51,256 bases of DNA from Prorocentrum cordatum (Eukaryota), in the NCBI GenBank assembly GCA_963575745.1, contig CAUYUJ010000059.1, positions 620,001-671,256 of the forward strand. Direction: 5' to 3'. The stretch's first letter is position 1. The number at the start of each line of letters is the position of its first letter. The notes beneath the pieces were generated by a model. That model saw nothing but the letters and a program-made list of their open reading frames with translations, was not told the DNA's origin and did no database searches. Positions 1-11,149 of this stretch are shown here, piece by piece. The translations under genes and the position numbers were made by a program.

Positions 1-30
<30 letters not shown>
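1..30. repeat. (CT)n microsatellite
   Basis: Perfect CT dinucleotide run at window start. Confidence 0.95.
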
Positions 31-32
<2 letters not shown>

Positions 33-59
33 CCATGGCGCCGAGGTCTCCTGAGTAAG

Positions 60-960
60 TTTGCTCTTCCAGACCTGCTCAGGACAGGCTACTCAGGATC
101 TCGGCGCGCGTCACATGGGGACGCCTCCTACGCGATGGAGGAGGCGTTCTCGGACGGAGCGCGCCGCAAACGCGCCCGCTGGCCAGATGGCGCGCGCGCT
201 GGACGGGGGGTCCGCCAGGTGAGCCAGCACCGCGTCGATGTTCTAAGCGTTGGCGCCTATCCAGAACCCATACACACAAACGCTGCCCAGGGCTGAACTG
301 CACGCGGCGGCCCAGATCACGAGGGTCGCGCCGTTGCCAGTCACCACTTCGACTTACCAAGTAGACCTCCCACAGGGCCGCCCAGTCTCTGTTTCGGGCG
401 ACCGAGAATGCTCTTGTTTGGATGGCTCGCTCGGCCTACGCGGCCATCGCGCCAGCCCCCGGAGAAGTCCGTCAGCGGGAGCGCAGGAGAGCTCGAGCTA
501 AGAAGGAAGCGGCGACGCCACCCTGTTTAACAATTTCTACCCGCACAAGGCGGGCTAGAGTCGGTGAGAGTTGGCTCAAGGAGGTCGGCGAGAGTTGGTT
601 TAGGGAGATCGCGCCCATGGCCCCGAATGTCAGCCCGCGCGAAGCAAGCGCTATCTTGCTCGGCCGCCGCTTGCATCGTCGAGGCGAGCGCGGCCAAGAA
701 GCATCACCGATCCACGCCTGTTCATTCGCATTCCGCGGCGCCCTCTTCAGCGCGCCCGCATCGCTCACTGCAGAAAGCGTCGCCTTAGGCGACGTGCCCC
801 TTACGTATCACGCCAGATGTTGAACCGGCGTTCTGGCCGACGCAAGCGCATCTGCGTTGCGAGACACCTCCTTTTCCAGCCAGTTCGCCTAGCACACGCG
901 CGCTCAGCGGCCTCTGAAAGAAAGAGAAGGCAGTCTGGAAATACCGCGGCGGCACGCTAA
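60..960 (+). mobile_element. Decayed LINE 3' remnant (RNase H and Cys/His tail)
   Basis: Frameshifted RNase H-like motifs in the expected order: AFSDGA (~146-163), QTLPRAELHA (~277-306), ENALVW (~404-421), followed by a degenerate H...G.LF tail. Boundaries approximate. Confidence 0.55.
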
Positions 961-974
961 GCAAAAGCTCCCGC

Positions 975-1135
975 GTCGGCGACGCGGGCGCCCGATCTTC
1001 CCCACGCCAGCATCGCCGCTGCGTCGCCGACCCTCGCCGGTGCATCGACGGCGCGTCGTCGACGCATTGGCGGTGCATCGGCGACGCGGCGAAATCCTCC
1101 GACGCCATCTAATCCGACACCATTTCGGCGGCATG
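975..1135 (+). mobile_element. Diverged partial copy of the MITE-like element at 3421-3626
   Basis: Shares ccacgcc...tgcgtcgccgac, atcggcga.gcggcg and ccatcta.tccgac.ccattt with the right half of the 3421-3626 element. Confidence 0.6.
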
Positions 1136-1299
1136 TACGAAACCAGGGCATTGCAAACCAGGGTTCTGAGAAGTCCAGCTGGACGGAGCGAAGGGCGGAG
1201 AAAGCGCCACCCCGCGGCCGCAGTTTCCTCGGGCACGCCAGCGCCTTGCATCACAAAGCAACCATTGTGGCCCTGAAGTCGACGGGGGCGGCGGCGCCG

Positions 1300-1760
1300 C
1301 CGCGGCGCGGCGCCCGCTCAGGCCGACTCGCCCCCCAGAGCCCGTGAATAGCAGCTGGCTCAGCAGGCGCCATGTGCCACTCCTCCACTACGGAGGGCTG
1401 CGGCATGGATTGCTGCAGCTTCTCCACGCGTGGCTTAAGGCCTGCCGTGTCCTCAAAGAGATCCTCGATGCGCGAGTGAACTCTTCAGCCCACTGGTTCA
1501 CGAATCATGTACTTGACGCCGAACTCGAGGGAGGGGTATTCCTTGCCATCTCGCGTAACCTCGAGGACGTTCGCGAACGTTCAAAGCTTTCTCTGCGATG
1601 TGGCTATGTAGGCCTTGAGCTCGTGTGAGTGGATAAGTGACGACGCCCAAACCGAGGAACCGGTAGCTGCTTCGTCTGGCGTCGCGACTGGGATATTATG
1701 GATCTGCTTTTTCATGTTGGCCGATATCTCCTGATTCCGTTTGCGCTCGGCGCTCCTCGG
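1300..1760 (-). pseudogene. Coding-like remnant of unknown family with two in-frame TGA stops
   Basis: Minus frame reads QEISANMKKQIHNIPV...ELKAYIATSQRKL*TFANVLEVTRDGKEYPSLEFGVKYMIREPVG*RVHSRIEDLFEDTAGLKPRVEKLQQ with G/C-rich third positions. No motif recognised. Confidence 0.3.
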
Positions 1761-2090
1761 TCCATCTCGACGGACACACTTACTACCACAGTCGCATGTC
1801 GACCTCGAACCGCGATTCTGAGCATCGCATACGCCTCGGGCCGCTCACCATGGCGCCACGATCGGCCCCATGAGGGTGCCGCGGGCAAGCAGCACCGACA
1901 AAAACAAGCGCGCCCTCTCGCGCTCGGCTCGTTGTCTCCTATGTGCCACTGTGGCCCGGGGTTCCCAGGGCCACCCGCGCGCGCCGCGGGTCGCGGCCGT
2001 TCCCCGGCGGCCCCATCGCTGCCGCGCCGCGACGGCTGCAGCCCAGCCGTGGCTTGGAGCCCGGCGCCCGAACCCGCAGCTTGGCGGTTT

Positions 2091-2229
2091 CTCCTCCTCT
2101 TCCTCCTCCTCCTCCTGCTTTTCCTCCTCCTCCTCCTCCTCCTCCTCCTCCTCCTCCTCCTCCTCCTCCTCCTCCTCCTCCTCCTCCTCCTCCTCCTCCT
2201 CCTCCTCCTCCTCCTCTTCCTCCTCCTCC
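2091..2229. repeat. (CCT)n microsatellite
   Basis: Near-perfect CCT run; source of the poly-E/R/P/S/L ORFs in the track. Confidence 0.95.
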
Positions 2230-2362
2230 ATTCTTTTTCCTGATAAGCAATTTCTCCCTGTCGCACCCCGAAACCAGTTTTAAGGCTGGGCCGGGCGTTT
2301 CGCTTGAGACTTCTTCACCGCAAATAACCCTAAAGCCGAAAATTGGCAACAGATTCGCAGAT

Positions 2363-2783
2363 GGAGGGCGGGTGGTTTTCAAAATGTGGTTTTCGCTTTA
2401 GCGCCGCGCACATTTGTTTTAGAAATTTGCAAGAATTTCACGGATTGAGGGCAGGTCGTTTTCAAAATGCGGTTCTCGCTTTATCGCCGCGTACATTCGT
2501 TTTAAGAAATTGCAAGAGCTTTACGGTTTGAGGGCGGGTCGTTTTCAAAATTCGGTTTTCGCTTGAGCGCAGCGCACATTTGGATTTTTTTTCACATGTG
2601 CAGGACCTTCACGGATTAAGGACGGTTCCTTTTCAAAATGTGGTTCTCGCCTTAGCGCCGCGCATATTCGTTCTTTCAAATTTGCAAGAACTTCACGGAT
2701 TGAGGGCGGGTCGTCTTCAAAATGTGGTTATCGCTTTAGTGCCGCGCACATTCGTTCTTTCAAATTTGCGAGAGTTTCACGAA
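2363..2783. repeat. Minisatellite, 5 diverged units of 83-88 bp
   Basis: CAAAAT anchor at 2380, 2463, 2546, 2634 and 2718. Unit is approximately gagggcgggtcgttttcaaaatgtggtt.tcgctttagcgccgcgcacatt...ttgcaagaa.ttcacggatt. Confidence 0.9.
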
Positions 2784-3100
2784 TTCCCATGATCCACGTA
2801 CCAGAAATGGCGTGTTGGAATTATTCTGGGTTATGAGGGTGCAGTAGTTACGTTGATTGGCGGTGTTGAAGTTTCAGGAATGGCGTTTTGGCACGATTCC
2901 GTCAGGATGCGACAGTCAGGTTGATCCGTAGCGTTGGAATGCCGAGAACAATGTTTTGGCATGGCTCAGGGTCTTCAAACGGTTGTCTTCCAACGAGGCA
3001 GCTCCCTCAGTGGAAATGAACCGTTCTAGGGGCCTGTGAAGAGGGAGCTTGGAGGGAGAGTGTTTCCCAACATCGTTGATGATTCTTGGATTTACACTGG

Positions 3101-3181
3101 TCATCCTCCTCCTCCTCCTCCTCCTCCTCCTCCTCCTCCTCCTCCTCCTCCTCCTCATCCTCCCCCTCCTCCTCCTCCTCC
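3101..3181. repeat. (CCT)n microsatellite
   Basis: Directly visible. Confidence 0.95.
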
Positions 3182-3420
3182 GCCTGCATGCGATTGCCCA
3201 TTTTGGCACTTCAAAGATCTTTCCATTTCATGTTTCAGAAAGTAAATCGGCGCTGCCATGCAGGATCCAGAAGGGTCCGATCGAATATCGCCCCGTTCCG
3301 CTTAGCTCCGCTTCATCCTGTTCTTCCCCCCCCTCCTGCTGTGGGTTTCGGGCGAGCGATGATCATAGGCCAGGGAGACTGGACATCTTCCCTTGCTCGC
3401 TGCCGCTGCTGCTGGTTTCT

Positions 3421-3626
3421 AGGCCTCCCAGATGGGGTCCGAGCAGATGGGGTCGGAGGGTCGCGCAACATCGCCGATGCATCGGCGATACGGTTCGATC
3501 TGGAGTTCAATTTTCTCCACGCCGACGGCGCCGATGCGTCGCCGACGTCGCTGGCGCATCGCCAATGTATCGGCGATGCGGCGTGACCTTCCCACCCCAT
3601 CTACTCCGACCCCATTTGGGAGGCCT
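3421..3626. mobile_element. MITE-like element (~206 bp) with long imperfect terminal inverted repeats
   Basis: Left end aggcctcccagatggggtccgagcagatggggtcggagggtcgcgc versus reverse complement of right end aggcctcccaaatggggtcggagtagatggggtgggaaggtcacgc. Non-coding; no clear TSD. Confidence 0.75.
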
Positions 3627-3993
3627 TGGATCCCCCAGACTCCTCAGAGTCGCAGTCGCAGGAGTCGCAGTCGCCTCACACCTACTGCATCAGTCATGCA
3701 GGGCCCATTCCTCATCTACCTCCAGACTGCAGCCTCCCAGATTCAGGATTGCAGTCGCCTCTGCTCGCAGGAGTCGCACTCGCCGTAGCTGAGCCGACTC
3801 AGCCCCCCGTCCACTCCGGCCCCATCTTCCTCAGCGACTGCGGCTCCTGCTGGGTTTCAGGGGCCGCCCGACCGCGCGGGGAGCGCGCTTCGCGATGGGT
3901 CCTCGCCTCCCGCGATCGGCGCCCACCGCGCCCCCGCCCCCCCTCCTCCCGGCGGCAGCTCCCTTGGGAGGCGCAGCGCGGCGCTGGACGCAG

Positions 3994-4041
3994 GATACCG
4001 TTCGCCTTCCTGGCCGCGGTGCAGGAGGCCTTCGCCGCGAG
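3994..4041 (+). CDS. VAMP7: VAMP7-like R-SNARE, first exon visible in window (end of longin domain)
   Basis: CAG acceptor 3991-3993, GT donor 4042-4043. Reads (R)IPFAFLAAVQEAFAA(R), matching the longin RRIPFAFL motif. Phase 2/2 fits the next exon. Confidence 0.85.
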
Positions 4042-5199
4042 GTGCTCCTCGTGCTCATCTCCTCCGCCCTCCCTCCCGCTCGCCCCTCGTCCCCGCTCCT
4101 CCTCCCTCCTCTTCCCTCCCTCCCTCAAGCCACCGCCGGCTCGAGGCTTCCTTCCCTCCCTCCCTCAAGCCATCGCGATGTCCCTTGCCGGCCAGGCCTC
4201 ATACGCGACAGCCCTCCCGCGCCTCGCCATCGCCACGGCGCGTGGTGCGAGGGCCGTCCGTGCAGATCGTGCGGAAGCGGTTTGGCATAGACGAGCCAGG
4301 TTTGCCCGCAGCAGTGCAAGAGCGTTGTTACGAGTGCCAGACCACAACAGCGGTCCATGAGCCGCCTCAGGAATCTTGGCTTGGAGGGATCGCAGCAGGC
4401 AGCCACCAAGTGGAATACGTCAACCGTGGCAGGGTTGGCAAGCATCTCGGTGCAAAAGTCTTTGGGAGTGTCCAGCATATAGTTTTTTATCAACAAGAGG
4501 GAGGCCAAGCATTGCAGCAAGTGCTTCCCCAGCGGCAGCGACAACAAGGACAAGGACAAGGACACAAGTTAGCTCCGCCATGGGCCGAGGTCATAGCAAG
4601 ATAACGAGATGGTGCCCAGTCCCAGTCCCAGACACCGACGCAGGCAGGAGATGTCATGATGGCGAACATCTCTCCGTGCTCACCAGAGGCGGCCCGTGCC
4701 CGCAAGCGCAAGCCGCAGTACCGGGGCGAGCATCGCAAGGCCTCGGGCTCCACGCTGGAGTGTCTGGAGGGGCAGATCGGACGCAGCCATGAACGGCGGT
4801 TGGACTTGAACAAATAGACGCGTTGACATGTAATTGCAGTGCGGTACTGCACCAGCTCACGTTCTCAAGATCGGCCTTCACTAAAGTTGCGAAGCAGTCG
4901 AGACTTGTCACCAGAGCACGCAAGAGGCTCGCAGATTCCGTGTCGTTGCACGCAGACGCAGGACAATCTGTTGCAGCAGGTTTCGCACCCTTGGAGATAT
5001 GTCAAGAAGAGTTCGAACGAGCACAAGAGCTTGAGTGGAAGAGTTTGCCCCATGCCTCCCACTCCTGCATTTTTCCAATGGAGCAACAGGACGGCGCCAC
5101 CAAGGACGGACGCGGGCGGGTCGCGACTTCGCTTCTGCGCGCGAGCCCCGGTTGCGGGCGGATAAGGGGAGGGCCAACTGATGCGTCTAAGAGACTGGA

Positions 5200-6500
5200 A
5201 GTTGGCCCCCAGCCCCCCCCACTCTTGTCAATATCCAGTGGAACGCTTCCCACAGGACCGCGCCATCAATGGAAACCAATGAGAAACGACTGGCGGATAC
5301 TCAATCGGGGCTTCTTCGTCCGAGCCCACGCACAATGCCTCGGCGAGAGCCAGGGACTAAATTGCGGTCTATGGTACGTCGGCAGCGACTGCCCCGCCCC
5401 GCCATTCCCCTCCTGCGCGAACCGCGGCAAGCTCGCCAGATTCGCGCGTGTCCAACGCGGCCCAGTGGCCGAATGCGTGGGAAGCTCTGCCGCCGGCGCG
5501 CCAACGGCGACCAGGTCCTCGCGAACGTCGGCCGAAAACTTGCTGCAGGTCACAGGCGAGCCTGCATTTTCGTCTGGGTCGCGGCGGCCAGCATGCAGCC
5601 AAGGCCCGCGACGCCCCACATGCGAACACAAAGCACGGGGTCGCTTCAAAAGTGAAGCGCGCACGACTTTGAGCTTTACGCCCGATTGGGCACGGGCGCG
5701 CAATGCCCCAATCCACGCGCACACGAAGAAGCTTCAATTGTCACAAGAGCTCGGGCGAAACACGAATCGACGATGCATACGCCCCGATGCAGCCCACGCC
5801 TGGGGAGAACTTCCCGGCCTCGGCACAACGCACCAAGAGTTGTCGGAGTTTGCTTTTCTGGATGCGAGTCCTGGGGGGCGCTGGGGGCCGCAGCTTGCGC
5901 GCCCCAGACCTGACGTCTGCTTGTGCCAGGGAATGATCCATGGGCCAGTGACAGCTCGCCCGGCGATGCAGTGCGCGCCTCGCTGACAACACTGTTCCGA
6001 GCGCGCCTCGCGCGCGATCGCGGCGGCGAACGCGCGGCTTGCGCAGTGCCCGGGGCTATCGGTGAAAATCATATATGCTGGAGCTCGCAGGATGCGCCCA
6101 CTGCCCTCGTCGACGACGCGCGCCCGATGATCGAACATCCGGCAGATGCCCCCAGCTCCTTCATCAGCAAGACGTCAAATATCGCTTGGACGTCGAAACC
6201 CCCATTGCTGGGCAGAGCGCAACATGTCGAGCCGATCGCGCGGGGGCGCGCCAACGCTAGTCTTCCGCCGCTTCCCCGGGGCGACCCCGACGAGGTCGCG
6301 CGCTGCGTCCGGCGCGATCTACGCCAGCGACGTCGCCGACCCCAATCTCTGCAGAACGTCAGCATCGGCAAGAACTCTCACCATCAGCAACCGCGGCTTC
6401 AGTTTCTGGACACGGAGAAGCCGACATGCCCTTTGAACGCGCGGGGGTCAGCGTTCCGATCCCCACGCAGAGACCCCCGCCCCGCTGCCTCAAGCGACGA
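5200..6500 (-). mobile_element. Possible heavily decayed DIRS-like RT/RNase H fragment
   Basis: Scattered minus-strand pieces (IIPWHKQ, LRQLL...AGKFS, LVAVGAPA) resemble YR-retrotransposon pol thumb/RNase H segments in plausible order. No intact catalytic motif. Confidence 0.35.
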
Positions 6501-7759
6501 CCCGGCGCGGGGTGGGAGACGCCCCGAGGACATTTCGAAAAGCCGGCCTTGCGCGAGCGAAAAGCGCGACGCCAGAAGGGGAGGTGGCGCCCGCCAGTTG
6601 CCCGCCGACAGGGGTGCAAACGGCGGGGCCTGGAGGTTTGCAGCCGTGGGCCGCTTCGCCTCGCGAAGCCGCCGGAAGTCCGCCGGGGCGGCCGGGCGCG
6701 CCGGCGCCCGCGCGCCCCCCGTCAGCCGCAGATCTGCGGAGCCAGGGTGGCGCGCGACGCGCCAGCGCGGGCCCGGCCCGATTGCGGGCCCGGCCCGATT
6801 GCGGGCCCGGCGCCGGAGGGCCCGGGGCAACGCAGGCGGGGGCGCGCCCCCGGGCGCACAACGGACCCAGTTGGAGCCCAGGGCCCCGCAGCCAAACACA
6901 CGACAAGAGGGGCCCGCGAGGAGGGGCGCGCCCCCAGCCACCAGCGCAAGAACAGAACAAGGGCAATGAAAGTCAGGCGGAGATGACCCCCCGCCACGGG
7001 CCCCCCATGAGCCATGGCCACAGCTCGACGCAGCGCCGCAGGCCCCTCATCGCCCTCAACGTTTCGGGCCGCGGTTGGATGCGGACGCGGCGCCGCTCGT
7101 TCGACACGACGTCTCGGCGACGCGCGCAATCAACGGGCGCCGGCGCCCAGGCCGTCGCGCATTGCAGCGGCGGCGGCAGCGCGCCCAACGGTCGGCTCTT
7201 GCGCTGGATCCCCCAGGAGGAAAAGGGGGATGGAGCGGCACGGCGCGGGGGGGGGCGGGGCAGAAGAGGGCACGGGGGGGGAAGGGGGGGCTGGCAGCAG
7301 CAGACAGCAGGGGGCCGCCTCGCCAGTCCTGCCCGCTCGACGGGCACCCAGGGACATGAACCTGGCGACGGCCGACACGGCGCACCCGCCGCGCCCCGCG
7401 AGCATTGCCAGCTCGCGCAGCGGGCCCCAGGGCACCCCAAACACGGCGAAGGCGACGAAGACGCGGACGAAAGAGATGACGAAGACGCTGACGCATATGC
7501 TCTGCGCATGATACATGCCCATTACAGTAACCCGGCCAGAATACCCCGGGGGCAAGAGAGCCCGGGGCCCAGGCAGGGGAATAATTTCCCGGGGACATCG
7601 ATGTTAGGACGTCTGGATCGCGTTTCGCGCGAGACATCTTCACAAACAGAGCTACGATAGAAACTTCGGAACGGGATAATACAGTTCGGCCCCACCGCCC
7701 GCCGCCCCAACCGAACCGCGCTCAACCCCGTGGACAACGAGATACATGGGGGAGGGGGG

Positions 7760-10700
7760 TGCGTATCATCCGGGAGTTGGGGTTAATCACGCCGCCAGCG
7801 CTGGGAAGGTGCTCGACGGGGCCGCTCGCCAGGACGCCGCGCCCACGGCGCGGCCGCGCAACGCGAGACGCGAGGCGGCGCAGGCCGAGCCTTCGCAGGA
7901 ACAACGGGACCGCGCAAGCCCCGCCCCGCGCCGTAGGCACAAGAGGCGCAAGCCCAGCCACCGGACAGCCGGGGCGCCCGAGGGCCCCGTCGCGGCAGAG
8001 AAACGGCCACAGAGGCGCAGCGCGCAGCCCTCCCCCCCGCCGCGCCGCCGCCCCGCGCGGGCGGCCACTGGCCCCGCAAGCGGGGACCCAAACGCCGCCG
8101 CTCTGGCGCGTTCGCTGACACTCGGCGCCAGCCGCGAGCCAGGGCAGGCTCGGTGAACAGGCGGCTCAGTTGATCTGACAGGTTTGCCTCGGATGCGACG
8201 CGGACAACCCAGAGGCGCGGGCTTCGCAGGCGGACCCCCGCAATGCCTCCGCGCTCGGGCAGCACGGCGCGACCGATCCGCTCCCGCTCTTGCGGATGAC
8301 ACCCTCGGCCGCCGAGCTGTCCGCGACGACCGCGACGTCGGCGCCCCCAGGTGGCGGCCTCGCGCATGGAAAGCCGGCCAAATCCATGAAGTCTCAGCCT
8401 CGTTGATGCGCCGCCCCCACCCGCGGGGCCAGAAGCGCTCGAGAAACGGCCCGCGGGCGCGACGAAGAATTCGGCGACTGGCCGCCTCGTGCCCATGGGC
8501 GCGGGCCCAGAAATTCGGCGGCGCGCGGCCCCCCCGCGGCCTCCGGCGCTTCCGATGAGAACGCAACGCGGGCGACCTCGGGCGCCAAGAAAACCTGGAG
8601 AACTGCCCAGGCCGGGGCGCGCCGAGCATTTCGCGCGAACCATCGACGGAAATCCGGAAACGCTGATCCGCGCGCGATATCGACCCCCGGGGGGTTCGTC
8701 GTAAATTCCTTGCAGGACGCCACCTGCCTTGCCCCGCACCAGGGAGAAGCGCCCCCTAGCTTGAAGCGCCCCCTAGCTTGAACGCCGCGCCCCGGGGCGC
8801 TCTTTTCCCGGGCCTGCGACAGCTCGGCCGCGCGAGCAGTGGCTTTCCGCGCGGGGGTCGACCACTTTCTACGAGAACGTCGGCCACCACGCCGGGCGGC
8901 GGCGGGAGGTGGAAGAAGGTGCCCAGAAGCACGCCGCCAGGCCTCTGCCCTCTGGGCCCCCCCCGCGGCGACCTCGAAATCAAAGAGCAAGCGCAAGTCG
9001 CCACGCCCGAGGCGCGAGATCTTTGACAGCCGCGGACCTCGCCGTCCTGCTCGACGCCGAAGTACAGCTGGTCGACGAAATCGCAGCGACGGCTCTGGAC
9101 TCGGCGCACCAGGTCGTCGACCCCAGAACCCCAGACGACCTCGAAGCGCCCGCGCGCGGCGCGCGCGCGACCGCCGTGCACAGCTCGCCCATGTGCGCCG
9201 TGGCCAGGACGACGCGGCCAGCGCCTTGACGCACCTCGGCCGCCTGCAGGAGGTCGCTGGCCTTTCCAGCGGGCTGTTCTGCGCGCGGCGACCAGGTGCC
9301 GCTCGCGGAGATGCCGCCGATCACCGGGAGCGGGTTATGCAGGTCGTCGAAGATTTGGGCGTCAGCGTGGCGGACCGCCGTCAGGGCGGCTTGCATGAGC
9401 TGCAGGTGGTCGCACACCTGCATTTCGCTCGCGGGCATGCTGCCTCTCCACCGCGTCTGTTCACCAGTGGCTTTGAAGCGTTGCTTCCAGCCGGCGAGCT
9501 CGCGCCTCTGCTGCTGCTGGCAATCGGCCAAACCTCCGCCGAGCCCAGTCCAACGCGACTTGGGATCGCGGAGCGACTACTTCCATGCGCAGCCTGGCCC
9601 CGGGAGCTAGAACGCGGCCGAGCTCACGCCAGCGCCGCCTCGTGGTCTGCCGACGCGGCAGGAGAAGCGGCGGCAGCACGCACGTGCGCCTTCCCAACCA
9701 CCGCAGGGCGGACCCAGGCCGCTAGCGGGCGCCCCCCGGCGGGTGGGCACTCTCAGTGCTCGCGCTTGGGCGGCGCCAGCCCACGGGAGCGGGAGCGCCG
9801 GCGCTCTGCGCTCTGCCCGCCCGCCGCCGGCCTGGCACTGGCCCCACGACCGCGCGACCACCAGTGCCAGCCGCCAGCTGCGCCCTTGCCGCCCCGGCGC
9901 GCCCTTCCAGGACACGATTGATCAGCTCCAGGCCGAGCGGAATGACGCGGTCGGTTAAGCAGTCCCCCTATGTCTTGGCGCACAGCGGGGACTCGCGGTG
10001 GAAGACGCACGTCGTGCCTCGCTCGCGCAAGTCGCATGGTGGACCGCATCCGGCTTCCGCTTGGAGCCTGCGCCTGCGGCGTTGAGCTTCGCGTCCATTG
10101 CCTGCTTCTCTGCCTGCATCATTGGATTGCCCATCACCGCATATAGTTTCGGCGAAGGCTCGTGGGTCCGTCTTCCGCATGGACGCCTTCCACGCGTTGT
10201 TCCAGACGAGACAGCCTCTGCCAGGGGGCCCTTGGTGTCCGCGGCCAGCGTTGCGACCTTATCCAGGTTGTCGAGCACTGAGGCGACGTTGAGCTGGCCG
10301 CGGAGAAGCCCGGCCCAGGCGAATATGATGAAGCTGGACGTCCTCGATCTTCGCCTGTTCCTCCTGCAGTGCAACCCTTCCACAGTGCTGCTGCACGGGA
10401 GAGGCTCATTGAATTTGGCCGCCGCTTCGCGGAGCCTCGTCTGCTTCGCGGCAGGACATGCCCGAAGGGCTGGTTCTCCGAGCCCGGCCCGCTCTATCAG
10501 CTTCCAGAAGTCGCCCGGCGTTTGCCGCTCCTGCAACAGGGACGAGGCCCAGCCGCTCGACCGCGCAGGCGCCGCCTGGAGCAGGCGAAGCTGCTCCTGC
10601 GGGGCGTTCCAAGGGGGCCGCGGCTGCATGACCCAGGGGCGGCTCGGCTGCCATGGCCGGCGCAGGCGGGGGGGATCTTTTTCGCGGTTGTCTTAGCCCG

Positions 10701-11130
10701 GGCGCGCGGCGGCGCGGAGGCCTCCTCCTGGAATCCCGGGGTCGACCTCCAGTGAGCAGACAACTCGTGGACAAGATCGCCGACGGGGGCGAAGAACGCC
10801 AGCGCGCGAAGTTCGCCGGAGGAAGCGGAGACGCGCGCCCCAGAGCATGTCCTTGACCTCATCAGCAAGCTCGCCGGGGCCGCGCGTGGCCTCGACGATC
10901 TCCACGATCAATTCATCGTCATCCGAGGGGCCGCCCCTGCGAGCGAACGCCTGGAGGCGCGCCTCAATCGCCGCGCGTTCTGTCGAGAGCCGCGCCGACG
11001 AAGATGCGGGCCGCGCGCGGGCTGGGGGGGCCGATGCCCGATCGCGATCGCGGGGCGGGCGAGCAGATCGCACGCGGGTCGCGGCCCGCTTCTGCACGCG
11101 AGCCCCGGCGGCGGGCGGATGAGAGGTTGG
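7760..11130 (-). mobile_element. Decayed DIRS-like (tyrosine-recombinase) retrotransposon: gag-like, RT, RNase H, probable YR remnant
   Basis: Minus strand order: gag-like ORF (9955-11120); pre-RT DAQIFDDLHNPLPVIGGISASGTWSP (~9287-9364); RT-like FVDQLYFGVE (~9050-9080); RNase H RINEAE...GADVAVVADSSAAEGVIRKSGSGS (~8275-8410) and LWVVRVASEANLSDQLSR (8161-8214), a typical DIRS RH end; weak YR-like Cys/RRG remnants at 7780-8050. Confidence 0.75.
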
Positions 11131-11149
11131 ATCCAAGCGAAGAGAAACG

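Noticed and set aside
571..580. TTGGCTCAAG, the 3' end of the dinoflagellate spliced leader
   Set aside because: Only 10 nt match, upstream CCATTT is absent, and it lies in a 24-bp tandem duplication (559-606) inside a LINE remnant.
3192..3216. CCATTTTGGC as a relic spliced leader (also near 40630)
   Set aside because: Continues ACTTCAAAG rather than TCAAG and no coding sequence follows; chance-level similarity.
4260..5180. Possible coding remnant on either strand
   Set aside because: No recognisable motif and no consistent frame or strand; cannot be supported.
8420..8490. VAEFFVAPAGRFS as DNMT motif I in the DIRS-like element
   Set aside because: Falls within the RT-RNase H junction next to clear RH motifs in other frames; no further methylase motifs seen.
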